DNA from: an uncultured Phycisphaerales bacterium
GTDB taxonomy: Bacteria > Planctomycetota > Phycisphaerae > Tepidisphaerales > Tepidisphaeraceae
DNA length: 64,000 nt
Assembly (NCBI GenBank): GCA_963758525.1
Contig: CAVWVQ010000003.1
Coordinates: forward strand, 2,112,001-2,176,000
Direction: 5' to 3'
Under the pieces are notes generated by a model. It was not told the origin of the DNA. It saw only the letters and a list, made by a program, of their open reading frames with translations, and ran no database searches. Both the position numbers and the translations under genes were made by a program. Below are positions 1 through 9,536 of this stretch, in pieces. The stretch's first letter is position 1, and each line of letters opens with the position of its first letter.

Positions 1-263
1 AGCATGTGAGCCTGGAACTCAATTCGAAGGAGGGCCGGCAGATGTTTATTCCGGCCGGATTTGCCCATGGGTTCGTTACGCTCGAAGCCAACACGATGCT
101 GTCGTACAAGGTGTCGAGTTATTACGCGCCCGATTGCGACCGGGGAATTCGCTGGGATGACCCGGCGATGAAGATCGACTGGGGCGTGAATTCGCGGACG
201 GCGATACTTTCCGAGCGCGACCGCCGGCATCCGCTGCTGGCGGATGCGGCCGATCTGTTCTAG
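1..263 (+). CDS. rfbC: dTDP-4-dehydrorhamnose 3,5-epimerase, C-terminal part (5' end outside window)
   Basis: FIPAGFAHGF-TL and GIRWDDP motifs; lies upstream of rfbB. Confidence 0.9.
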   Translation, partial: HVSLELNSKEGRQMFIPAGFAHGFVTLEANTMLSYKVSSYYAPDCDRGIRWDDPAMKIDWGVNSRTAILSERDRRHPLLADAADLF

Positions 264-393
264 GGGAATGCGAGAAAGGCGTTGCGACTGAACACCGCCG
301 TTGAGGGGCCGCTTTTAGAATTTCCAGGGATGTACCCCCTCTCCCGGATTACCGGAAGAGGGAGTAATGAAACCAGCTCTAAACGAAAGGTTT

Positions 394-1443
394 ATGGGCG
401 CGACGAAACGAACTATTTTAGTCACCGGGGCGGCGGGGTTTATCGGATCGAACTTTGCCCGGCTCCTGCTGCGCGGCAGCGACGACCTCAAACTCATCGC
501 GTTTGACAAGCTCACCTACGCCGGGAACCTGGCCAACCTGCACGACCTGCTGAGCGATCCGCGACTGGTGTTTATCAAGGCTGACATCTGCGACGGCAGC
601 GCCGTGACGGAGGTCTGGGAAAAATACAACGTCAGGGAAGTGGTCAATTTCGCGGCGGAGAGCCATGTGGACCGGAGCATTCTCTCTTCCGCGCCGTTTG
701 TGACGACCAACATCGTCGGAACGCAAGTGCTGCTCGATGTGGCGCGGGCAAAGGGCGCACGCCGATTTGTGCAGGTGAGCACGGACGAAGTATATGGCTC
801 GCTTCCGGAGAATCGCCCGGATTTGAAGTTCACCGAGCAGACGCCGCTCCAACCCAACAGCCCGTACAGCGCGAGCAAAGCGGCGGCGGATTGTCTCGTG
901 CGATCCTATTTTCACACGTTTGGCATGCCGGTTCTCACGACGCGCTGCTCCAACAACTATGGACCGTATCAATTTCCTGAAAAGCTGATCCCCCTCTTCG
1001 TCACCAATCTGCTCGAGGACAAGACAGTGCCGCTCTACGGCGATGGGTTAAATGTGCGGGACTGGCTCTACGTCGAGGATCATTGCGAGGCGGTTTTGGC
1101 CGTGCTGAATCGCGGCACGCCGGGCGACGTCTACAACATCGGCGGCGGAAATGAGATCACCAATCGGAAGATGACCGAAACGATTCTTCTGGAGATGGGC
1201 AAGAGCTGGGAACAGAGCGTGCAATACGTGAAAGACCGGGCGGGCCACGACCGCCGGTATGCGATTGACGCGTCGAAGATCCGCGAGGAACTGGGCTGGT
1301 CGCCGCGGTTCAAGTTTGAGGAGGCGATGCATGCGACGATTCAATGGTACCTCGCAAACGCGCCGTGGTGGCAGGCCATTAAGAGCGGAGAATACCTCAA
1401 GTATTACGAGAGTCAGTATGCCGGACGGGAGCTTGGGAGATAG
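394..1443 (+). CDS. rfbB: dTDP-glucose 4,6-dehydratase
   Basis: GAAGFIG, DKLTYAGN, AAESHVDRS, STDEVYG and YSASKA motifs. Confidence 0.95.
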   Translation: MGATKRTILVTGAAGFIGSNFARLLLRGSDDLKLIAFDKLTYAGNLANLHDLLSDPRLVFIKADICDGSAVTEVWEKYNVREVVNFAAESHVDRSILSSAPFVTTNIVGTQVLLDVARAKGARRFVQVSTDEVYGSLPENRPDLKFTEQTPLQPNSPYSASKAAADCLVRSYFHTFGMPVLTTRCSNNYGPYQFPEKLIPLFVTNLLEDKTVPLYGDGLNVRDWLYVEDHCEAVLAVLNRGTPGDVYNIGGGNEITNRKMTETILLEMGKSWEQSVQYVKDRAGHDRRYAIDASKIREELGWSPRFKFEEAMHATIQWYLANAPWWQAIKSGEYLKYYESQYAGRELGR

Positions 1444-1461
1444 ATCAAACCGGACGACTGT

Positions 1462-1560
1462 TTCCTCCTCCCCTGGTACACCGGCGGAGGATCGAGGTGG
1501 GGGCTTCCCTCGCGTCGGCCCCCACCCCAACCCTCCCCCGGAGTACCAGGGGAGGGGGAA
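1462..1560. repeat. REP/REPIN-like inverted repeat (family A)
   Basis: TTCCTCCTCCCCTGGTACACCGGCGGAGG pairs with CCTCCCCCGGAGTACCAGGGGAGGGGGAA; related half-copy near 337-365. Confidence 0.75.
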
Positions 1561-1573
1561 AGAGCGGGCATCG

Positions 1574-2452
1574 CTGAATTCTGGCAACACGCCAATTCTG
1601 CTCGTCGGCGCAAATGGAATGCTCGCCCATGCCCTGTCGCGCACGCTGACATCGCGCGGACTTGAGCCGATTCTGCTCACGCGTGCTCAGTGCGAGATCA
1701 CGAAGCCGGAGCAGGTCGATCGCGCATTTGGCGAATATCAACCGAAGATCGTGCTGAACTGCGCGGCGTTCACGAAAGTGGACGCATGCGAAACCGAATC
1801 GCAATACGCTGATGCGGTGAACGGCCGTGCGCTCCAACATCTCTTGCGCAGATCCGAAGAAGCCGGCGCCAAGCTCGTCCACCTTGGGAGCGACTTTGTC
1901 TTCGACGGAGCTTCGCAGCGCCCCTACCGCGAAGATGACCCGGCCAATCCGCTTTCCGCTTACGGCCGGTCGAAATTCCTTGGGGAGTCGGCGTTGCTCG
2001 CGAACCCTGGCGGCAACTGGCTGCTGCTTCGCACCGCCTGGCTCTACGGCCCTGACGGCGTCAGCTTCCCGCGCACGATGATTGAACTGGCCCGCAAAGG
2101 CGTGCCGCTCTCGATCGTCAACGACCAGATCGGCTCGCCCACGTTCACCAATGATTTGGCGGAGGCGACGTTCGATTTGCTGGAGCGCGATGTGACGGGG
2201 CTGTTTCACGTTGTAAACAGCGAGCCGGCGAGTTGGTTCGATCTGGCGGTTGCGACGCTCGAAGCTTTTCAGATTTCCCATCCCGTGCGCCCCATCAGCA
2301 CCGAGGAATGGCGGGCAAAGCGGCCAGGACAAGCGATTCGTCCGGCGTACAGCGTGCTCGACACTGAGAAGTTCGCAAAGACCATCGGCCGATCAATGCG
2401 GCCTTGGCGAGAGGCGCTGCGGGCGTTTGCGAAGCCGCCGCAGGCTGAATGA
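1574..2452 (+). CDS. rfbD: dTDP-4-dehydrorhamnose reductase (start codon uncertain)
   Basis: GANGMLA, NCAAFTKVD, SDFVFDG, YGRSK and DQIGSPT motifs. Confidence 0.9.
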   Translation: MNSGNTPILLVGANGMLAHALSRTLTSRGLEPILLTRAQCEITKPEQVDRAFGEYQPKIVLNCAAFTKVDACETESQYADAVNGRALQHLLRRSEEAGAKLVHLGSDFVFDGASQRPYREDDPANPLSAYGRSKFLGESALLANPGGNWLLLRTAWLYGPDGVSFPRTMIELARKGVPLSIVNDQIGSPTFTNDLAEATFDLLERDVTGLFHVVNSEPASWFDLAVATLEAFQISHPVRPISTEEWRAKRPGQAIRPAYSVLDTEKFAKTIGRSMRPWREALRAFAKPPQAE

Positions 2453-2549
2453 CTTTCTATCTCTGCCTAAGGATTTCGCTCTGCGATCAAGTATCGCGAT
2501 TCGCTTTCCGGGTCGCTACACTTCAACGTAATCTGGGAATGCATGCGCT

Positions 2550-4480
2550 ATGGCCTATACCGTTCTAGCCCGCCGATACCGTTCCGCGACGTTCGATGAT
2601 GTCATCGGGCAGGATCACGTTGCGCAGACGCTGAAAAAAGCGATCGATTCGGGGCGGGTGGCGCATGCGTACCTGTTCTGCGGGACGCGCGGGGTGGGCA
2701 AGACATCGATGGCGCGCATCCTGGCCAAGGCGCTCAATTGCGATGCGCATGCGGAGCCGACGTCCTCCCCTTGCGGGAAGTGCAATTCCTGCCTGGCGAT
2801 CGCGCGCGGCGAAGACCTCGACGTGATCGAAATCGACGCGGCGTCCAACCGCGGCATTGACAACATCCGCGATCTGATCAGCAACGCGCAATTCAGTCCG
2901 GCCCGCTCGCGGTTCAAAGTCTACATTATCGACGAGGTGCATGGCCTCTCGAAAGACGCCTTCAACGCATTGCTGAAGGTGCTGGAAGAGCCGCCGAGTC
3001 ACGTGAAATTCATTCTCGCGACGACGGAAGCCGAGAAAATCCTGCCGACGATTCTGTCGCGCTGCCAGCGGTATGACTTCCGCAACATCGGCGCGGGAAA
3101 TCGCCGGGCATCTGCAGGAAATCTGCAAGAAGGAGAAGATCAAGGCGGACGACGATGCGTTGATGCTGCTGGCCAAGGCCGGCGCCGGATCGATGCGCGA
3201 CGCCCTTTCGCTGCTCGACCGGATGCTCAGCGTCGGCGAGAAGCATCTGGACATGGAACTGGTGGAGCGGCTGCTCGGATTGCCCAAGAGCCAGCGGATG
3301 TTCGATCTGGCCGGCGCGATCGCCGGGGGTGACGTCAAGGCAACGCTGGGACAGGCAAGCTCGTTGATCGACTCGGGATTGTCCGTTGATTCGCTCCTGG
3401 GGGCGCTGGTCGATCACCTGCGCAACCTGCTGATTATCCGCACCTGCGGGCCGGACTCGGAACTGGTCGAAGCGCCCGGGCTGGCGATGAAGGATCTCAC
3501 CAGCCAGACGGAACGCTTCGATCCCATCGCGCTCACGCAGGACATTACCATTCTCGAAGAGTTGCGCCGGCAGATCCGCCAATCGCAGGCGGGCCGGGCG
3601 CTGCTCGACGCGACGCTGGTACGCATGGCGTTGTCGGATCAATTCTCATCCATCGGCGAGTTGCTCTCTCGTTTGGACGGCGGCGCGGGGCCGGGCGAGC
3701 CGCAAAAAAAAAACGATAGGGTCGGGCCGGCAGTAGGACGGGCCGCCACGGGAGTCGCGGCGAAGGTTCCGCCTGGTAATGCGCGCCCGGAGGCAGCGTC
3801 GTCGGCGAGCCCGTTCATTGATGCGGCGGCAGAGCCGCTTGCGGGGCCGCTCGATCACGCGGGGGCGGACGCGAAGGCGCAGAGTCCGCTCATGGCCGCG
3901 GGAGGGGCGGGGACAGCGGAGGGCGCTTCGATCAGCCTGGGGGCGGTGGTGGCGAGTGGCGAACCCGCAAGCGGCGGGGAGATCCCCGCGGGCAGCGAAG
4001 CTCCAAATGTGGAGCCGGTCGATCCTTCCAATCTGCCAGCGGTCTGGCGAGCGATGCTGAATCTTCTTGCCGGTCATGGGCACGGGCTGCAGTCACTTCT
4101 GTCGCCGGGAAAGCTGGCAAGCATCGACGACGGGCGGGCGATCGTGCGATATGGATCGCAGCATGAGACGTTTGTCAAAATGCTGGATCGCAACGGGAAA
4201 AAAGAGCTCGTTCGCGACGGGCTGAGCAGGGTGCTGGGCCAGCCCGTTGGCATCCTGTTTGAAGTGGAGCCGGAGACGGCCGCGGCTGCGGCGCCGGTTT
4301 CGGCGGCAAATGGGGGAGCTTCGCGTGCTGCGCCGCGCGGGTTGCGGCTGCCGTGGAATCGGCTGCGCCGCGCGCGTCGAGCCGGTAACTCCGGAAATGA
4401 TCGAGCAAGTACGCCAGAGCGATCCGCTGGTGGCGGCGCTTATGCAGACGCTGGGAGCAACGGTCATCAAAATCGAATAG
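2550..4480 (+). CDS. dnaX: DNA polymerase III subunit tau/gamma; apparent frameshifts near 3090 and near 4340-4380
   Basis: [39 protein letters not shown] across ORFs 2550..3332, 3073.. and 4247..4480. Confidence 0.9.
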
Positions 4481-4488
4481 GACGTGCC

Positions 4489-4827
4489 ATGTTTGATGCA
4501 TTCAAAAACCTCGGCAATCTTCCGGGCCTGATGGCCAAGGCTCGCGAAGTGCAGGACAAGATGAAGTCGATGCAGGAAGAGATGGGCCGGCGTGAAGTCA
4601 CCGCCGGCGCTGGCGCGGGCATCGTGGAGGCGACGGTCAACGGGCGGCTGGAACTCAAGCGAATTCGCATCGACAAGACGAAAATCGATCCGGCCGACAC
4701 GGAGATGCTCGAAGACCTCATTGTGGCCGCGGTAAACGCGGCGCAGGCGCGGGCGGGGGAAATGATGAAAGCGGAAATGCAGCGCCTGACCGGCGAAATG
4801 GGGCTGCCGCCGGGTATGCTGCCATAA
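4489..4827 (+). CDS. ybaB: YbaB/EbfC family nucleoid-associated protein
   Basis: AGAGIVEATVNG and EMLEDLIVAAVNAA motifs; usual position after dnaX; own ATG at 4489. Confidence 0.9.
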   Translation: MFDAFKNLGNLPGLMAKAREVQDKMKSMQEEMGRREVTAGAGAGIVEATVNGRLELKRIRIDKTKIDPADTEMLEDLIVAAVNAAQARAGEMMKAEMQRLTGEMGLPPGMLP

Positions 4828-4869
4828 TGCGTGGTTTGCGGTCTGCCGGACCCTTCCTTGCGCGGCTGC

Positions 4870-5832
4870 TTACCGCACGGCTTCGACAGCAACGACACCA
4901 GACACTGGCATGGGGGCCTCTACAGCCGGTGTCGTGGATCCGGGCTTGGCGTCAGCGACGCCGACTTCACCAGAACCAACTGATTCGACCAGCCGATCCA
5001 GCGGCGGCAACGTCACCGAAACGGTCGGCGGCGGTGGCGCAGGCAAGTCCATCGCGATCACCTCGCTGGCCAATGCCCGGTAGTCGGCGGCGCCGTTGCT
5101 GGCGGGGCCGTAGGCGAGGATGGTCTGCCCGAAGCTGGGACATTCGGCGAGCTTGATGTTCCGGCGGATCTTGCTCTGGAGAATTCTTGCCCCGGCCCAG
5201 GGCAGCGGCTTGCCCGCCGCGGATTCGAGGAAGCCCTGAAGCTCGGTGACGACTTCGCTCGTCAGCTTCGTCTGCGAATCGAACATCGTCAGCACGATCC
5301 CGCTTACCTTCAGCCGCGGATTCATCCGGCGATTCACCAGGTGGACCGTCTCCAGCAGCTTGGCGACGCCCTGCATCGCCAGAAAGTGCGGCTGCATGGG
5401 AATCAGCACCTCGCCGGCCGCGGAAAGCGCATTGATCGTCAGCAGTCCCAGGGACGGAGGGCAATCGAGCAGGATGAACTCGAAGTCGTGCTTCGCCTCC
5501 TCGAGGCGGTTTTTCAGGAGTGACTCGCGCCCGATCACGCTGACCAGCTCAATTTCCGCGGCGGCCAGATCGATCGAACTGGGCACCAGCCAGAGATTCT
5601 CGCCGACCCGATGAACCGCCTGCAGCAGGGCCGTTTCCTCGATCAGCACGTCATACAGGCTGGCAAGCTTCTGAGCGGGCTCGATGCCGTAGTTGATCGT
5701 CAGGTGCGCCTGCGGGTCCATGTCGATCAGGCAGACGCGCCTCCCCTGTTCGGCCAGGGCCGCGCCGAGATTCACCGTGGTGGTGGTCTTTCCGACGCCC
5801 CCTTTCTGATTCATCAGAGCGATGACCCGCAT
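4870..5832 (-). CDS. parA: ParA/Soj family ATPase
   Basis: NQKGGVGKTT deviant Walker A, DMDPQ and LDCPPSLG. Confidence 0.9.
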   Translation of the reverse strand: MRVIALMNQKGGVGKTTTTVNLGAALAEQGRRVCLIDMDPQAHLTINYGIEPAQKLASLYDVLIEETALLQAVHRVGENLWLVPSSIDLAAAEIELVSVIGRESLLKNRLEEAKHDFEFILLDCPPSLGLLTINALSAAGEVLIPMQPHFLAMQGVAKLLETVHLVNRRMNPRLKVSGIVLTMFDSQTKLTSEVVTELQGFLESAAGKPLPWAGARILQSKIRRNIKLAECPSFGQTILAYGPASNGAADYRALASEVIAMDLPAPPPPTVSVTLPPLDRLVESVGSGEVGVADAKPGSTTPAVEAPMPVSGVVAVEAVR

Positions 5833-5847
5833 TGGAAAGAGAGTACC

Positions 5848-5890
5848 AAAAAAAGAAACCTTCCGCCGTGGCTGGGAAGGTTTCTTTTTG
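5848..5890. terminator. Intrinsic terminator, potentially bidirectional
   Basis: AAAAAAGAAACCTTCC-loop-GGAAGGTTTCTTTTTG stem with A/T tracts on both sides. Confidence 0.75.
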
Positions 5891-5981
5891 TTTCGAGGCC
5901 TAAGTTGGAGCCAAGGCCCGAACGGTAAAAATCCAAGGTGTGACCAGAAGGCCGCCGGCTTGAGCCACGTGCCGGTGGAAA

Positions 5982-6053
5982 TTACTTCTTCTTGGTCGTC
6001 TTCTTCGCAGGCTTCTTCGCAGGAGCCTTTTTAGCAGGTGCTTTCTTTGCCAT
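5982..6053 (-). CDS. 23-aa Lys/Ala/Pro-rich basic peptide MAKKAPAKKAPAKKPAKKTTKKK (histone H1-like PAKK repeats)
   Basis: ATG..TAA ORF absent from the ORF track; SD AAGGAGGT 9 nt upstream; upstream promoter and downstream terminator. Confidence 0.75.
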   Translation of the reverse strand: MAKKAPAKKAPAKKPAKKTTKKK

Positions 6054-6083
6054 GGCGCTTGTACCTCCTTTCTATGACGGACA

Positions 6084-6112
6084 AATTTAGTGCGCGCGAA
6101 AAACTCCGTCAA
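6084..6112 (-). promoter_or_regulatory. sigma70-type promoter for the small basic peptide
   Basis: TTGACG-N17-TAAATT with AT-rich upstream sequence. Confidence 0.65.
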
Positions 6113-6194
6113 TAAATTTTTTCTCAATGGGAACTCTATTTTCGCAATAGTCGGTGGGCAATCGCCCCGGGCCGCGGGAGACATCCAGCCCGGA

Positions 6195-7333
6195 TCAGAA
6201 CCGGGGCTTGCGCCCGACGAGGCGCTTCTCGATGATCTTCTCGAGGGTGTCGCAGACCCGCTCGATCTGCACCGAAGTGAGGGCGCCGAAGAACGGCAGC
6301 GCGATCGTGCGCGCCGAAACGTATTCGCAAACTGGAAACGCGCCCACGCGAAAATCGAACTTTCTCCGCATGTAGGGCTGCAAATGGATCGACGGGAAAT
6401 AATTGGTCGATCCGATTCCCGCCGCGCGCAGCTCGTGAATCACCGCGTCGCGATCGTCGGCGTCGAACAGATCGTTGAGACGCACGACGAAGACAAACCA
6501 GCTCAACTGCGTGTCGTCCTGCAGCGTCGGAAGAATCAGATAACGGTTGGTCATCAGCCGCTCGATATACTGCTGAGCGACGCGGCGGCGCGATTCGAGA
6601 ATTTCATCGAGCCGCGCGACTTGCGTCACCCCCAGCGCTGCGGAAATCTCGTTCATCCGGTAGTTGTACCCCAGCCGCTCGTGGGCCAGCCACGACATTC
6701 CCTCGCGCCCCTGGTTGCGCAAAGCGCGGCAAACGGCGGCACATTCGTCGTCATCGGTGACGATCATTCCCCCCTCGCCGGTGGTGATCTGCTTGTTGGG
6801 ATAGAACCCGAACACCGACGCCAGCCCGAACGACCCGATGGCCCGCTCTCCGACGCGCCCGCCGAAGCCTTCGCAGGAGTCTTCGATCAGCTTCAGCCCG
6901 TGCTGATGAGCGAACTGCTCCAGCTCGATCATCCCGCCGGGATGTCCGAAGGTTTCCACCGCGACGATCCCGCGCGTCTTGGAGGTGACCGCCGCCGCGA
7001 CCTGGCTCACGTCCATGTTCAGCGTCTTGGGGTCGATATCGACAAAGACGGGTTTGGCATCGACAAACAGGCAGCAGTTGGCCGACGCGACGAAAGAGAA
7101 GGGGGTGGTGATGATCTCGTCTCCGCTGCCGATGCCCGCGGCCAGCATCGCGCAATGCAGCCCCGCTGTGCCGGAAGAGACGCCGATGCCATGACGTCGC
7201 CCGCAAAGCTGGCGCAGGCGCGTTCGAACTGCTCGAGTCGCGGGCCGATCGAGAGCGTGCTTCCATGCAGCACGTCCACCACCGCGTCAATTTCTCGCTG
7301 CGTGATATCCGGCCGGGAGAGGGGAATAGTCAT
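6195..7333 (-). CDS. DegT/DnrJ/EryC1/StrS family PLP aminotransferase; apparent frameshift near 7190
   Basis: IPLSRPDI N-terminus; TTPFSFVAS, IEDSCE, FYPNKQITTGEGG and GYNYRM. Confidence 0.88.
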
Positions 7334-7349
7334 GGCGAGGATGATCCTC

Positions 7350-7916
7350 TTAGCTCGGAGGCAGCGCCGCCGCTGCCGGGGCATCAAGGCTGCGCGTCCG
7401 CTTCCCGCCGGCGGGGGCGTGGATGCCGTCCTTGGCCAACTGCAGCCCCCGGGGCATGGCGATGGCTCCGGTGCGGGCCAGTTCCTTGATTCCGTAGGCT
7501 TTCATCAGCTCGATGAATCGATCGACTTCGTCTTCCGCTCCCGTCAGTTCGACGACGAGCGTCTCGGCCGAGACATCAACGACTTTGCCGCCGAACACAT
7601 GAGCGACTTCGATCACTTCATTGCGGCGCTGGGGACCGACGCCGACGGTAATCAGCGCCAGATCGCGCTCGACGTATGCCGTTCCCATGAAATCACGGAC
7701 TTCCACGACGGGGATCAGCTTGGTGAGCTGTTTTCGGACCTGGTCGAGGGTGTTGTCGTCGGCGGTGACCACGATGGTCATCCGCGACAGCTCGGGATTC
7801 TCCGTGCGTCCGACCACCAGCGAATCGATATTGAAGCCGCGGGCCGCAAACATCCCGGCCACATTCGCCAGGACGCCCGGCTCATTGATCACCAGCGCAG
7901 AAATCACGTGACGCAT
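7350..7916 (-). CDS. ilvN: Acetolactate synthase small (regulatory) subunit
   Basis: NEPGVL..FAARGFNIDSL, SRMTIV and ELARTG. Confidence 0.93.
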   Translation of the reverse strand: MRHVISALVINEPGVLANVAGMFAARGFNIDSLVVGRTENPELSRMTIVVTADDNTLDQVRKQLTKLIPVVEVRDFMGTAYVERDLALITVGVGPQRRNEVIEVAHVFGGKVVDVSAETLVVELTGAEDEVDRFIELMKAYGIKELARTGAIAMPRGLQLAKDGIHAPAGGKRTRSLDAPAAAALPPS

Positions 7917-7985
7917 TAGTCTCCTGGTTCAGAATCGAGGAGGAGAGTCTACGTGAACCGGGGTCGGAGGTAAAATTGTGCGGGC

Positions 7986-9428
7986 TTATGCCGCTTTGAC
8001 CGCGGAACTTGTCTCAGGCTCCGCCATCAGCTCGCGGCTGCTCCGGCAGCGGTTGATCCCGTCCAGCGCGGCGACCTTATAGCACTCAGCGAGGGTCGGG
8101 TAATTGAAGATCGACTCGATGAAGTAGTCAATCGGCATCCCCGCTGCCATTACGGCTTGGCCGATGTGAATCAATTCCGTCGCGCCGGTTCCGATTGCAT
8201 GCACCCCCAGCAGCCGGCGGCTTTGGGGGTGGAACAGCAGCTTGAGCAGGCCGAACGGATCGGCGATGAGCTGCCCGCGGGCGATTTCGCGATAGCGGGC
8301 CAAGCCGACTTCGTAGGGCAGTCCCTGTTGGGTCAGCGATTGCTCGGTCGCGCCGACCATGCTGATCTCCGGAATCGCATAGATGCCGTAGGGGAACAGT
8401 GCCGAGGGCTGCTCTGCCAGCTGGTGAAAGATGTGGCTTGCCGCCACGCGGCCCTGTTCCATGCTTGTTGCCGCCAGCGCCGGAAATCCGATCACGTCGC
8501 CGGCGGCATAAATGTGGGGCACCACCGTCTGGTACCATTCGTTGACCTTGAGCCTCCCGCGATTGTCGGCGCCCAGGCCGGCGGCTGCCAGGTTCAGTTT
8601 TTCCGTCGCACCCTGCCGTCCGATGGCGTACAGCAGCATCTGGGTGTTGATCGTTTTGTTGCTCGCCAGTGTCGCTTCCACGCCATCGGGCGTCAGCTCG
8701 ATCTTCGAGACTGACTCTCCCAGCCGCAGGCGGATGCCCATGTCGCGCATGCGAAACTGAAGCGTTTCGCCCAGCTCATCGTCGATAAATTCAAGCAGGC
8801 GCGGCCGCGAATCAACCAGCGTCACCTTGACCCCGACGGCCGCCATCATGCAGGCGTATTCGGTTCCGATGACTCCGCCGCCGACGATGGTCATGCTCCT
8901 GGGCAGCGCGGTCAGCGACAGCAGCTCGGTGCTGTCGATCACGCGGTCGTGGGTGAAGGGAACATCGGCCGGTCGGGCCGGCTCGGTGCCGACGGCAATC
9001 ACGACATGATCCGCCCGGATCGACTGCACGTCGTGCTCCTGCGCGATGCGGATCGTATGCGGGTCGACAAACGACGCGTCACCGAAGAGCAGCACGATGT
9101 TGTTGCGGGCCATCTGATTGCGGATGACGTCCACTTCCGTGCGCACCACGTGCCGGGCGCGGTAGAGCAGATCCTCCATCGTGATCGCCTGCTTGACCGA
9201 GTAGCTCTCGCCATAGACGGAACGCTCGCGGATGCCGGTCAGATGCAGCACCGCTTCGCGAATAGCCTTGCTGGGGATCGTTCCGGTATGAATGCAGACG
9301 CCGCCCACGCTCATCACTCGCTCGATGATGGCGACGCGTTTATTGAGCTTGGCGGCGCAGAGGGCGGCCTTTTGCCCGGCGGGGCCTGACCCGATGACCG
9401 CCAAATCGTAGTGTGAGTCAGAGATCAT
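7986..9428 (-). CDS. sthA: Soluble pyridine nucleotide transhydrogenase
   Basis: GSGPAG, GGVCIHTGTIPSK (single Cys) and FNYPTLAECYKVAALD. Confidence 0.9.
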   Translation of the reverse strand: MISDSHYDLAVIGSGPAGQKAALCAAKLNKRVAIIERVMSVGGVCIHTGTIPSKAIREAVLHLTGIRERSVYGESYSVKQAITMEDLLYRARHVVRTEVDVIRNQMARNNIVLLFGDASFVDPHTIRIAQEHDVQSIRADHVVIAVGTEPARPADVPFTHDRVIDSTELLSLTALPRSMTIVGGGVIGTEYACMMAAVGVKVTLVDSRPRLLEFIDDELGETLQFRMRDMGIRLRLGESVSKIELTPDGVEATLASNKTINTQMLLYAIGRQGATEKLNLAAAGLGADNRGRLKVNEWYQTVVPHIYAAGDVIGFPALAATSMEQGRVAASHIFHQLAEQPSALFPYGIYAIPEISMVGATEQSLTQQGLPYEVGLARYREIARGQLIADPFGLLKLLFHPQSRRLLGVHAIGTGATELIHIGQAVMAAGMPIDYFIESIFNYPTLAECYKVAALDGINRCRSSRELMAEPETSSAVKAA

Positions 9429-9536
9429 GCAGTTAACGCGTCTATCGGGCGAACCGACGCCCGGCATAACCGGTACAGCTTTTGGGGGACCGATTTATCG
9501 GACGGCGAAATTTCCGGATTTGGCGAGGGGCGGGGC

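Noticed and set aside
3073..4827. DnaX-YbaB fusion (584-aa ORF)
   Set aside because: A dnaX-like C-terminus ends at 4480 in another frame and ybaB has its own ATG at 4489; a frameshift artefact is more likely.
6090..7919. Long antisense ORFs (also 19542-21392, 23836-25821, 44577-46355 and others)
   Set aside because: Shadows of real genes in GC-rich DNA, with no recognisable motifs.
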